Source: Octopus sinensis
Lineage: Eukaryota
Direction: 5' to 3'
Assembly (NCBI RefSeq): GCF_006345805.1
Contig: NC_043003.1
Coordinates: forward strand, 78,492,001 to 78,556,000
DNA length: 64,000 nucleotides
Part shown: piece after piece, positions 25,765-37,854 of the stretch
Numbering within the stretch: the stretch's first letter is position 1
How the letters are laid out: every line of letters starts with the position of its first letter
Made by a program: the position numbers and the translations under genes
The notes under the pieces: model-generated
Told to the model about the DNA's origin: nothing
The model's input: only the letters and a program-made list of their open reading frames with translations
The model's database searches: none

Positions 25765-25831
<67 letters not shown>
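25681..25831. repeat. Head-to-head (AAT)n-(ATT)n palindromic microsatellite
   Basis: AAT array to about 25765, then ATT array to 25831. Confidence 0.95.
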
Positions 25832-25833
<2 letters not shown>

Positions 25834-25837
25834 ATCA

Positions 25838-26356
25838 ATGTCATGATTCAGTACCAGGCAGTGGCTCTCATGGCTTCTGATCTTAACTGATTGGAAGTGT
25901 TATCATGTACATTGTTTTGTCTTGGTATAAAAGATGAGCTACAGCAAATATTCTGCTCGATACCACAGACTTGCTTGTCAGTTGTTTGATCTTAACCAGT
26001 TGAGCATGTCCCTTAGTGGCTGACGATATGTGAGTCTCTGATCATGAGTAGGAGAGCATCATAGCCATGTGTTGAGAAGGATTCTTTGAGGTTTGGATAA
26101 TTCACCTTTGGAAACATGGGTGGTTCTTTCAGCATCCTTAAACAACCCTTGTTCAAGGACCTTTTGAGAGGGATGGGCTACTCGACATGAAAAAAAATTC
26201 TAACTGGGCCCCCACCTGCAAGGTTATGTGCTGTTTATCTTGATATGAAATCACCATGTCACGCACAAATGGTTCTGATGCATGTGCCTGGTGTACTCTT
26301 ATCAGACGGGTAGTCATGATGAGTAAACTGAGCTTCATATATTTTACCCCAGAGTC
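25838..26356 (+). mobile_element. Element G copy 2, 3'-truncated
   Basis: Collinear with 19913-20445, with scattered substitutions and small indels. Confidence 0.8.
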
Positions 26357-27002
26357 AGCTATAAGCCTGAAATGTGGGGGAGGGTACCAGTCGATCACAT
26401 TAACCCCAATGTTCCATGCATACCAGTCTCTGAATGGTTTCTGACAAATATACAAAGCGCCATCTTTGGAATGTAGATAACGAAAACATATCATTTTAAA
26501 CCTGAGAAAAGTCTTGCATAGATTTACTGTTCCACTTACAGGGAACAGGAGGTACAGATGGTGCTCTTGCACCTCCTAAAAATGTTAGGGGGTGCAAAAC
26601 CAAAATTTGCACCCCCTGCATACTTTGCCATGTTTAGAAATCGGAGTCTAAACATTGATCTGTAAAAAGTTGCTTGAAGTTAGGTTTCTTCTTCTCAAAA
26701 CAAGAACAAAGGACAAAAATAAATAAATAAAAAGTCCAAAATGTTTGCTAAGGAAGCTGGTCATAAAATTCCCAAGTGAATTCTCCACAATGAAAAGCCC
26801 TTCACTGTCCAGCTATCCACATTCTTCATTTTCTCTGATTACTACAACTGACCCATTATCATCATCCTCATTTGCCATAATACCCTACTGCTACAACCAT
26901 AACTACTACTACTCTCAGGCCTTTCTTCCCACCTCTGTCCACCTTAATTTGAATGTATACCTCCACAGCGCCATGATAAATCTGGAAACTGTAAATAATA
27001 TA

Positions 27003-27398
27003 GGCGCAGGAGTGGCTGTGTGGTAAGTAGCTTGCTAACCAACCACATGGTTCCGGGTTCAGTCCCACTGCGTGGCATCTTGGGCAAGTGTCTTCTGCTA
27101 TAGCCCCGGGCTGACCAATGCCTTGTGAGTGGATTTGGTAGACGGAAACTGAAAGAAGCCTGTCGTATATATGTATATATATGTGTGTGTTTGTGTTTGT
27201 CCCCCTAGCATTGCTTGACAACCGATGCTGGTGTGTTTACGTCTCCGTCACTTAGCGGTTCGGCAAAAAGAGACCGATAGAATAAGTACTGGGCTTACAA
27301 AGAATAAGTCCCGGGGTCGATTTGTTCGACTAAAGGCGGTGCTCCAGCATGGCCGCAGTCAAATGACTGAAACAAGTAAAAGATAAAAGATAAAAGAA
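27003..27398 (+). mobile_element. SINE-A, full length
   Basis: GGCGCAGGAGTGGCTGTGTGG head, GGTTCAGTCCC B box, GATAAAA tail repeats. Confidence 0.92.
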
Positions 27399-27848
27399 TA
27401 TAAAATCTATAAACGCATTATACCCCAAAATATACCAGTTTTCTCAATGCAAGGGACTATGAATACACAGTAACTGCAATTTTACTCATTTACCTGAGAC
27501 AAAACATGCAGTTCGTACCAGCACCACCAACCAACGCCAAAACACACATCTTACGCCTTCGCCGCTGCCGCCGCCGCTTTAGCCACCCCCACACTGCCCC
27601 ACCGACCACTTGTATATGACTTTTTAAGTTGCTACCTTCTGTCTGTTTCACTGTTTGTGTGTATACATACGTACCCGAAATGATCGTGACTTCTGGTACC
27701 TGACTGAAGTAAGAAAGCCAAGAATGACCCATCTTTTTTTGCCTGTCCTTCTAATTGTTGTTTCTCTTGTCCGCCTTTGTGTCGTCCATCTGTCCGAACG
27801 TTTTAATGCCCACTATTGTGTTTTTGTTCTATATATATATATATGTGT

Positions 27849-27888
<40 letters not shown>

Positions 27889-27890
<2 letters not shown>

Positions 27891-28200
27891 AGGCGCAATG
27901 GCCCAGTGGTTAGGGCAACGGACTCGCGGTCGTAGGATCGCGGTTTCGATTCCCAGATCGGTCGTTCTGAGTGTTTATTGAGCGAAAACGCCTAAAGCTC
28001 CACGAGGTTCCGGCAGTGGGGGGGCGGGGGGCGATCCCTGCTGTACTCTTTCGCCACAACTTTCTCTCACTCTTTCTTCTGTTGGCCTGCTCGCTTAGCC
28101 AGCGGGGTGGCGTCATTTAAAGGCTAAAACAATGCGAAACGCATTGTGACCAGCGATGTGTAGCAACATCAGATAGCCTGGTCGCACGGTGATCACGATG
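27889..28200 (+). mobile_element. SINE-C, full length
   Basis: tRNA-like head; 3' end ...CACGGTGATC; matches 51685-51978. Confidence 0.9.
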
Positions 28201-28286
28201 ATATATATATATATATGCTTACTACTGGTTCAAATTGGTATTATTTAATAATGTCAATTTCTACTCTTATTACACACACACACACA

Positions 28287-28346
<60 letters not shown>

Positions 28347-28419
28347 ACACACACAAATATATTAGAGGCTTTTTCATATACGAGCAAAACGATTGCTAGA
28401 AAGAATCACTGAAATGAGT

Positions 28420-29420
28420 CATTGTTGACGCAATGTGAGACACATGTATGACTCTTGTGCCCTGCGTATTCTATTGCATAATATACAGCTGTGCTGGCTG
28501 GCAGAAGGAACAGGTGCCACTATGAACTCTTTTGACATGCCTTTCCAGTCCTCCAACCGAGAGGCACGCCTTTCCACGTGTCGTACATTGTTCTATTGTG
28601 AACAATAGCCATATCACAGTTTACCATGGGTCGATTCTTGTGATTTCTCTGATGGCTTACCAGGCCCACACGACTCAAGCACCCCTCCCACAAACCACAG
28701 ACACGAAAACCAGTCATTTTCCACAGGTTCATTCCTTCTAAGCTTTCTTCTAATCTTCTTGTGCTTCATTCTCTCTCTCTCTTTCAAACCTCGAACAACC
28801 ACTGTACACTTTCTTCCTCCACCCACCTCGGTCTTGTGCCTCCCTCTCCCAATCAACAACTGAAATTCCTGTCTGTGTCAGAGCAATTCTCATTTTGGGT
28901 TTATTTGCTGGTCTCCTGCCATCTTCCAGCTCACCATACAAAAGTTGCTTGAGAAGTCTTTCATCATTCATTCTTACCAGATGTTCACCCCACCTCAAAC
29001 GACTTTGCAGAATCATTGATTCTATTCGTCTACCACCACATCTCTCAAGTACTTCTACATCACTGATGGCCATTTTCCAATTTATCCCAAGAATTTTTCT
29101 TAGACAATATTGATGAGATCGTTTCAAATACCTTAAATGCCTACGATAAGCAACCCATATCTGACTTCCATATAGCACGGATGGCAGGACATGGAATGAT
29201 ATACTATGGCTTGACCAGAGACGCCTGTCAAGCTTACCAAAAGCACTACTGGCCTTGCTGATTGTATATGAAATTTCATCATCAAGACCGGCAGTGCTAA
29301 AAGTACTTCCTCAATAAATGAATTTAGTTACAACTTCTAACCTTTGACCATTCACACTTAGAAAAGGTCCCATATAAAGCTTAGGGGGAGTATGCTGGTA
29401 CTTTAGGACAGGTTTTTCAA
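28420..29420 (-). mobile_element. RTE (BovB-like) LINE 3' fragment
   Basis: DDEISYTISKASSAFGKLDRRLW; LYGSQIW; RLRWGEHLVRMNDERLLKQLLYGEL; terminal zinc-finger-like ...LSRVGLVSHQRNH. Confidence 0.88.
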
Positions 29421-29782
29421 ACAACCACACCTATGTCAATGTATTAGAAATATAATTTAATTGATTATTCTTTCTGTACGACCTTGTATCACATGATGTG
29501 CGACACGGTACTTGGAGACCCCTGCTCTACAAATCTCATCGGAGGTCCACAATGGAGTATTACTCTCATTACATTTGGAACGGAGCTTTTACTGCACGTA
29601 TAGTCATACAAGACTGTGATGAGTAAAAAAGCTACACTCCTGATTGTCTTTCGCCATAAGCGAGTAGGTCTTCCCTCTGCATTCCGGAACTGGCTGGATT
29701 CATGTCATCTTCGCTCAACCATTAGTCCCAGTCGTCTCTCTTTTCTCATGATGTTTGTTGAACACACTCTCTACAATTCACT

Positions 29783-30168
29783 GGAGGCGCAATGGCCCAG
29801 TTGTTAGGGCAGCGGACTCGCGGTCATAGGATCGTGGTTTCGATTCCCAGACCGGGAGTTGTGAGTGTTTATTGAGCGAAAACACCTAAAGCTCCACGAG
29901 GCTCCGGCAAGGTGTGGTGGCGACCCCTGTTGTACTCTTTCACCACAACTTTCTCTCACTCTTACTTCTTGTTTCTGTTGTACCTGTATTTCAAGGGGCC
30001 GGCCTTGTCACTCTCTGTGTCACGCTGAATATCCCCGAGAACTACGTTAAGGGTGCACATGTCTGTGGAGTGCTCAGCCACTTACACGTTAATTTCACGA
30101 GCAGGCTGTTCCGTTGATTCGGATCAACCGGAACCCTCATCGTCGTAACCGACGGAGTGCTTCCACCA
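29783..30168 (+). mobile_element. SINE-C head with an alternative 3' body, 12-bp TSD
   Basis: CTACAATTCACT at 29771-29782 and 30169-30180; the body after about 29960 differs from 27889 and 51685. Confidence 0.88.
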
Positions 30169-30951
30169 CTACAATTCACTACACGTAGCATTTTCTCTTC
30201 AGAATCTCGCGTGGAATCCTCTTGATTATATAATTTGTCCAACCGGAGAACCATAATATGACTACTTGGTCCACTAGAAGTAGAGGCTAAATCTCGCTCA
30301 CAACATAAATGAATTGACACAAAAGACAGGGAAAGATAACAGCAATGAAATATTATTTTAATATTTACATTAGAAAGAGCATCAAAGAAAAGAGATCAGT
30401 TGGATTTACGATCAAAGAGATAAGTTGTTTTTTTTTTTTATCTTACTGAGACAGACAGTGGTTTCATGTTTCTCGTTTTGAATAGTTTAAGTATCAGAGT
30501 TAGCCGTCTCAGTGTATAATGGTTGATATGAGTGGAAGCAAGGAAGAAACGTCAGACAATTTAGATGAACAAAAATTTATAGACAAAAGCAATTTGAAGA
30601 AAGCCTACAAACAAGTTTGCGTGCGTGCGCGCGTGTGTGTGTATGTGTGTGTGTGCGCGAACATATTTGAGAGCGTGTGTGTGTGTGTGTATAAGGGAGA
30701 GTGAGATATATGTTGTACATAAACAACATTCTTAGTCCCAAACATATTGTACACTTATAACTAAAGACGTATTGTCAAATTTCATTTGCAGCTATTGTGA
30801 TTATATGAAAACTATCGAACAATTAAGGAAGCAACTACTTTACTTCATTAGACTTAACTGAAAAGCTGCACTCTGTGCCGAACTCATTGGGCTTACGGCA
30901 CATAACTAAAAAGAGCTAATAGCATAACTATAATATGTCTATTACAGTGAA

Positions 30952-31290
30952 GGCGCGTGGCTCAGTGGTTAGAGCGTCGGGCTTACGATCGTGAGGTTGT
31001 GAGCTCGAATCCCGGACCGGACTGCGTGTTGTGTTCTTGAGCAAGACGCTTTATTTCACGTTGCTCCAGTTCACTCAGCTGTAGAAATGAGTTGCGACGT
31101 TACAGGTGCCAAGCTGTATCGGCCTTTGCCTTTCCCTTGGATAACACTGGTGACGTGGAGAGGGGAGGCCGGTATGCATGGGCGACTGCTGGTCTTCCAT
31201 AAAAAAACAACCTTGCCCAGACTTGTGCCTCAGAGGGTACCTCTCTAGGTGCAAGCCCATGGTCAGTGTCTGACCGAAGGGGGTCACAAT
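30952..31290 (+). mobile_element. CORE-type tRNA-derived SINE-D
   Basis: TGGCTCAGTGG A box, GAGCTCGAATCCC B box, CORE-like TTCTTGAGCAAGACGCTTTATTTCACGTTGCTCCAGTTCACTCAGCTGTAGAAATGAG. Confidence 0.8.
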
Positions 31291-31864
31291 CAATATGTCT
31301 ATAATGACTATATGCCCCGCTAGTGTTTCATCAGACGTTAAGCATAGATGAAAGTTAATTCTGTAATGCAATCATTCTATTGATCCAGTCCCAAGTTGAA
31401 TTCCAACTGTTGGCCAATATGTCCCAAATTCTTATCGGGACGTAAAATGAATGAAGCGAATGTCATTTATCTCCCCCCTTCATCTCTAACGTCATCTGAC
31501 AAACACCAAGCAAGATGGCGGGAATCAGCCAAGCTTTACCTGCTAAAAGTAGCGACCAAAATATTTCTAAAATCAGATCCCAATACTGGATGTTCAAGAA
31601 TCAAATGAAGGGCATATTTTCAATCCCGAGGTCATTCTCACTCCAAAAAGGTATAATATGTCTCTGTAAACGAAACGTAGACTGAGATAGAGGGGACGCA
31701 ATCAGACAGAATTTCGCCTTTATTATAATCGAAATTACAAGAAAATATTATCAAACATTTTAATAGCAGCAAACTTGTGTTTTAAATACTTACCGAGTTC
31801 TTAACCCTACTCTCTACATTTACCTATGGAATACATGTTGCGTAAACATCATTTCGTGTTTATC

Positions 31865-32175
31865 AGGCGCTGATGGGCAGATTGGTTAGCAAGCCGGCGG
31901 TATTTCAGAAACGTTAGCACGCCGGGCGAAATGCTTAGCGGTATTTCGTCTGCGTTACGTTGTGAGTTCAAATTCCGCGGAGGTCGACTTTACCTTTCAT
32001 CCTTTCGGGGTCGATAAATTAAGTACCAGTTACGCACTGGGGTCGATGTAATCGACTTACTACCTATGTCTGTCCTTGTTTGTCCCCTCTGTGTTTAGCC
32101 CCTTGTGGGTAATAAAGAAATAGGTATTTCGTATAGCTTTGCAATCTGAGTTCAAATTCCACAGAGGTCGATGGT
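31865..32175 (+). mobile_element. Young 5'-truncated SINE-B nested in an old SINE-B
   Basis: GGTATTTC duplicated at 31899-31906 and 32123-32130. Confidence 0.8.
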
Positions 32176-32556
32176 TTCCTTAGTTCTTTTGTTGTTAAAC
32201 TAAGTGCCAATCAAGCATTTGGGTCAATATGATCGACTACTCACTCCACCAAATTTTAATCCTTGTTCATATAGTAGAAAGGAACATTTCCTGTACGAAT
32301 TTTATTTACCGATCCTTACTATCATATCACCTTACAGTCACACGATTGTTTACAATGAAATATTTTGTATCAATATATCGAGAGTGGAGTATCGTTTCTG
32401 GTTGAAACCTCCAGGTTTCCTGCCCTGAAATTGCCTGTTTAAGAATTCATACAGTTAAAGGAACAATACCGGACACCTTGTAGCTATGTTATGGTACCAA
32501 CCAGCATGTTACATGGGGTGTTTAAGAACTCAAAGGTGCATAAAACGGCAGACCCA

Positions 32557-32927
32557 CACAATTGTATCCCCAGCTTTGTTTCCTGATAACTTCCAGAAAA
32601 ATGGGTATATTTTTAATGAAATTTTCTACAAATGCCCCTCAGATGGTATAGAGCACGATTATATCGGAATTTAACGTGAAAAGAAAAATGAAACAATTCG
32701 CGAAATTACACACACATACGCTGACACACGTAACATATATACCCTCAAAATGGGACTTGACATTTTGAAAAACATTGGGATGTGTGTCAGTGTATATGTG
32801 GGCAACCTCTATTCTTTTCACATTAAATTCCGATAGCGTCGTAATGTACACTGTCTGAGAGGTGTTTGTAGAATATTTCCTTAAAAGATATCCCTTTTTT
32901 TCTGAAAATTAGGAGGAAACAATTGTG
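32557..32927. mobile_element. Inverted-repeat element (MITE-like)
   Basis: Arms about 32557-32685 and 32812-32927 are diverged reverse complements (CACAATTG...TCGGAATTTAA.GTGAAAAGAA). Confidence 0.65.
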
Positions 32928-33463
32928 CGGAGGGCACACTTGTGGGGGGTCCGCTCAAAAGTATCCCCACAAACACCAAAAACAAGGTGAAGATGACTCT
33001 GACTTCACTCTAGTCTTCAGGTGTCCGGGTGCGTCCCCCAGCGCACACATTCCCTATAGCCTCTAATCACAGCGAAAGGTCGAAAGAGACTGAATATCAT
33101 TTGAAACGAAGGTTTTGGAGGAAACATTTCCGATACTGTGACGTCATAATGACACTATGAAGAAACATAGAAATCTCTGGACTAGACAAAAAAATTATTG
33201 AATGAATTTCACACATAAACGCTACACGCGCAAGCACGCAAGATCTCAAACGCACGTACACAAACAAATATTTGCATATATGAAGTATAGTTACATTAAT
33301 GTGTGTATGTGTGCTTGTGTGTATGTGTGTTTGTGTGTGTGTGTCCGTGTGTATGTGGTGTGTGTGTGCGTGCGTGCCGTGTGTGCTTGCTTGCGTGCGT
33401 GTGTGTGTGTGTGTGTGTATTTGTGTGAGTGTGCATACCTGTCTGTCAACATATACAGATATT

Positions 33464-33660
33464 AAGGCGGCGAGCTGGCAGAATCGTTAGGATGCTGGGC
33501 AAAATGCTTAGCGGTATTTCGTCTGCCGTTACGTTCTTAGTTCAAATTCCACCGAGGTCGACTTTGCCTTTCATCCTTTCCGGGTCGATAAAATAAGTAC
33601 CAGTTGAACACTGGAGTCGATGTCATCGAAATTGCTGGCCTTGTGCCAAAATTTGAAATC
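33464..33660 (+). mobile_element. SINE-B-like copy (older tail variant)
   Basis: AAGGCGGCGAGCTGGCAGAATCGTTAG head; tail TTGTGCCAAAATTTGAAATC. Confidence 0.85.
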
Positions 33661-33667
33661 CATATAC

Positions 33668-33730
<63 letters not shown>

Positions 33731-33795
33731 TAGTTGTATATAGTTATCTTCTTTCTCCTTGATTTTCGTAGAGATATTCATATCAGCAGGACAGT

Positions 33796-34033
33796 CTTTT
33801 TACTCTTTTACTTGTTTCAGTCATTTGACTGTGGCCATGCTGGAGCACAGCCTTTAGTCATGCAAGTCGACTCCAGCACTTAGCCTTTGTAAGCTTAGTA
33901 CTTACTCTATCGGTCTCTTTTGCCGAACCGCTAAGTTACGGGGACGTAAACACACCAGCATCGGTTGCCAAGCGATGTTGGGGGTAGGACAAACACAGAT
34001 ACACAAACATAAACACACAAACTCACACACACG

Positions 34034-34105
<72 letters not shown>

Positions 34106-34291
34106 CATATATATACATATACATATATACGACGGGCTTCTTTCAGTTTCCGTCTACCAAATCCACTCACAAGGCTTTGGTCGGCCCGAGGCTATAGCAG
34201 AAGACATTTGCCCAAGGTGCTACGCAATGGGACTGAACCCGGAACCATGTGGTTCGTAAGCAAGCTGCTTACTACACAGCCACTCCTACGT
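33796..34291 (-). mobile_element. SINE-A, full length
   Basis: Same head, microsatellite and tail structure as 1874-2333. Confidence 0.9.
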
Positions 34292-34648
34292 CATTGCATA
34301 CTGTTTTTGCGACAACGTCATGTCTCATAAAGTCCTATTACCTTGATGGCATTTTTAGGCAGCCGTTAATCACGTCTGATGTCTTCGACAGAAATTTGAC
34401 AATCTACATTTGCAATTGCAACTTGGAACTCTGAGAGCTTTACACTCTTTTATGTATGTACATGGGTGTATGTGTGCGCGTGTGTGAATGTGTGTGTATG
34501 TGTGTGCGCGCGCGCGCGTCTACCGTCGATCTGTATTGGCGAGGGAACTGGATAACTTCTATACCATAAAACTCCCTTGAGTTATTTGTTCTTCATGGAG
34601 TAGCAGACATTCCCTTGTCTCTTTCGTCGTCAGAAATACAGAAACTAG

Positions 34649-35280
34649 GCAGCGAGCTGGCAGAAACGTTAGCACGCCGGGCGAAATGCGTAACAGTATT
34701 TCGTCTGCCGTTACGTTCTGAGTTCAAATTCAGCCGAGGTCGACTTTGCCTCTCATCCTTTCGGGGTCGATAAATTAAGTACCTATTTCTTTATTACCCA
34801 CAAGGGGCTAAACACAGAGAGGACAAACAAGGACAGACAAACGCGTTAAGTCGATTATATCGACACCAGTGCGTAACTGGTACTTAATTTATCGACTCCG
34901 AAAGGATGAAAGGCAAAGTCGACCTCGGCGGAATTTGAACTCAGAACGTAGTGGCAGACGAAATACCTATTTCTTTACTACCCACAAGGGGCTAAACACA
35001 GAGGAGACAAACAAGGACAGAAAAACGGATTAAGTCAATTACATCGACCCCAGTGCGTAACTGGTCCTTAATTTATCGATCCCGAAAGGATGAAAGGCAA
35101 AGTCGACCTCGGCGGAATTTGAACTCAGAACGTAACGGCAGACGAAATACGGGTATGCATTTCGCCTGGCGTGCTAACGTTTCTGCCAGCTCGCGTACCG
35201 GTTGCGCACTGGGGTCGATGTAATCGACTTAATCCCTTACTCTGTCCTGGTTTGTCCCCTCTGTGGGCAATAAACAAATA
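34649..35280. mobile_element. Nested SINE-B complex
   Basis: Outer + copy flanked by AGAAATACAGAAACTAG (34632-34648 and 35281-35297), split at GTACC by a tandem minus-strand body+full copy (about 34783-35193). Confidence 0.85.
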
Positions 35281-35516
35281 AGAAATACAGAAACTAGCGA
35301 TTGGTCTCTTGTTGGTAGTTTATAACTGACAGCGCTATTCTGCATTAAATAGATATATTTTTAATAAAACATTTAGATTTTATTCTCGAGTTCTGATTTT
35401 CTCTCTCTCTCTCTCTCTCTCTCATTCTCATTTTCTTTCTCAATCACCCTCTCTTCTTCTCCCTCATACGCCCACGCTCACTCTCTCTCCCTATCTCTCT
35501 CTCTCTCTCTCTCCCT

Positions 35517-35554
<38 letters not shown>

Positions 35555-35627
35555 GTTATACACGTACTTGTTGTGAACCCCGGTATCAGTCGTTCAGGGT
35601 ATTCAATGAAATACTTATTAGGTAGAG

Positions 35628-35852
35628 ATGAAGAGCAGCAGCGGCAGCAGCGGCTGCAGTAGCAGCAGCAGCAGCGGCGGCGGTAGCAGCAGAGGTATCT
35701 TCTTCGTCGTCATCAACAACATAGTCGTTTGGACCCTGCATAACGGGCCACCGCCGCCACTACCACCACCACCACCACCACCACCACCACCGTCGTCACC
35801 GTCGTCGTTGTCGTCGTCGTCGTCATCATCATCAACATCATCATCATCATCA

Positions 35853-35907
<55 letters not shown>

Positions 35908-36360
35908 TTCATATACCACAATCATGATTGTTGTTATCAACTTATCAAACACCGTGGTCGTCATCATCGGTGTCAGCATCATCATCATCCTCATCGCCAT
36001 CTGATTATCGTCGTCTTCATCGTCATCATCGTCGGTAAAATCGCTAGTACGCTGGACGAAATGCTTAACAAGCATTTTGCTCGTCTCTAACGTTCTGAGT
36101 TCAAATTCCGTTGAGGTTGACTTTGTCTTTCATCCTTTCGGGATTGATAAATTAAGTACCAGTGAAACACTGGGGTCGATGCAATCGACTAGTCCTCTCC
36201 CCAAAACTTCAAACTTTGTGCCTTTACTAGAAAAGGATTACCACCACCACCACCAACAACAACAACACCACAATCATCATCATCATCATCATCACCACCG
36301 GCAGCATCAACGGCGGCAATAGCAGTAGCAGCAACAGCAACATCAACAACAACAACAACT
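35628..36360. repeat. Low-complexity triplet patchwork (CAG/CAC/CGT/CAT) containing a SINE-B-like copy at about 36040-36235
   Basis: Homopolymeric S/P/H/D translations in every frame; SINE core GACTTTGTCTTTCATCCTTTCGGGATTGATAAA. Confidence 0.8.
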
Positions 36361-36934
36361 ATAATATTTCATCCTGGGAAAGATTTTTTTTCCTTACAGT
36401 TCCAATGCAACCATTCTAAAACCATAGGTATATGTGTATATATATTCAACGTCAATTTTGGAAGACGATGTAAACTATCTTCCCTACCCGGCAGTCCTCC
36501 CCCACTTCTCTTCCCGGCCACCCGTCCCCCACCCTGTCTATCCACCGCCGCCCCTCTCTCTCTCTTTCTCTTTTAGTCAATTCTTCCTTAAAATACATAG
36601 CTTCATACTCCACCCTTCTTGCAACAATACTTGATTCTGTAGAGAACATTCCCCGCATTTCTAAAACCACAGAATTTCCATTAGTTACATTTTTTTTTTC
36701 GCTGTTTATTATAAATTCTTGTGAACATGTGTGTATGTGTATGTGTGTGTGTGTGTGTGTGTGTATGTGTGTGTGTGTGCGTGTGTGTGCGTGTGTGTAT
36801 GTGCGTGCATACTCAGATACATACATACATACACACGCACACAAATATATACACATATATATTACACAGACACAGATATATACATGTGTATGTGAGTATT
36901 TAAACACACATACACACAGATATATACATACATA

Positions 36935-36966
<32 letters not shown>

Positions 36967-37153
36967 ATGCATATATATATACATATATATACATACATAT
37001 ACATACATACATACATATGTATGTGTATAATTATATATACATATATGTATGTGTATATATAATTATATATGTATATGTATATATATATATATACATATAT
37101 TACATACATATACATACATACATACATATATACATACATATATACATACATAT

Positions 37154-37204
<51 letters not shown>

Positions 37205-37213
37205 CATACATAC

Positions 37214-37300
<87 letters not shown>

Positions 37301-37305
37301 CATAT

Positions 37306-37350
<45 letters not shown>

Positions 37351-37823
37351 ATCAGGGCGGTGCCCTAGCATGGCCTTGGCAGTGATGTTGAAAACAAAAA
37401 AGTAATGCAAATGTGTATGTGCGCGCGTGCTTGTGTATGTTTATGTGCTTCTATCTATCTGTCTATCTACCTATTTCTCTCTCTCTCTCCCTCGCTATAC
37501 ATATATATATGTGTGTGTGTGTGGTGTGTGTGTGTGGTATTTATATATATGCATGCATACATACGTGCGTACATATGTACACTACACACTCGCATATGCA
37601 CGCGCGCGCGCACACACACGCACGCATACATACACACGCACACACATTCTCACAGAAGCACAACTTTAACCCCGGCCTTTTCTGGGTGTTACCCTCAGCC
37701 ATCCCTACTGGGTAAGTTCACCTCGTGCTGACAGACAATGAACTTGATGAGTCCTGTCCTGTTTGCAAGCCCGCAACAACAGCAGCAGCAGTTAACCACA
37801 GCAGAAACCGCAGCAGCAACAGG

Positions 37824-37854
<31 letters not shown>

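Noticed and set aside
31513-31650. AAGATGGCGG start-like context with a 45-codon frame to a weak donor
   Set aside because: It overlaps the interspersed repeat motif CCTGCTA(A/G)AA(G/A)TAGC seen elsewhere, and the GTATAA donor is poor.
35628-36075. Poly-S/P/H/D ORFs resembling a transcription-factor low-complexity region
   Set aside because: Triplet patchwork with no domain, interrupted by a SINE, and homopolymeric in all frames.
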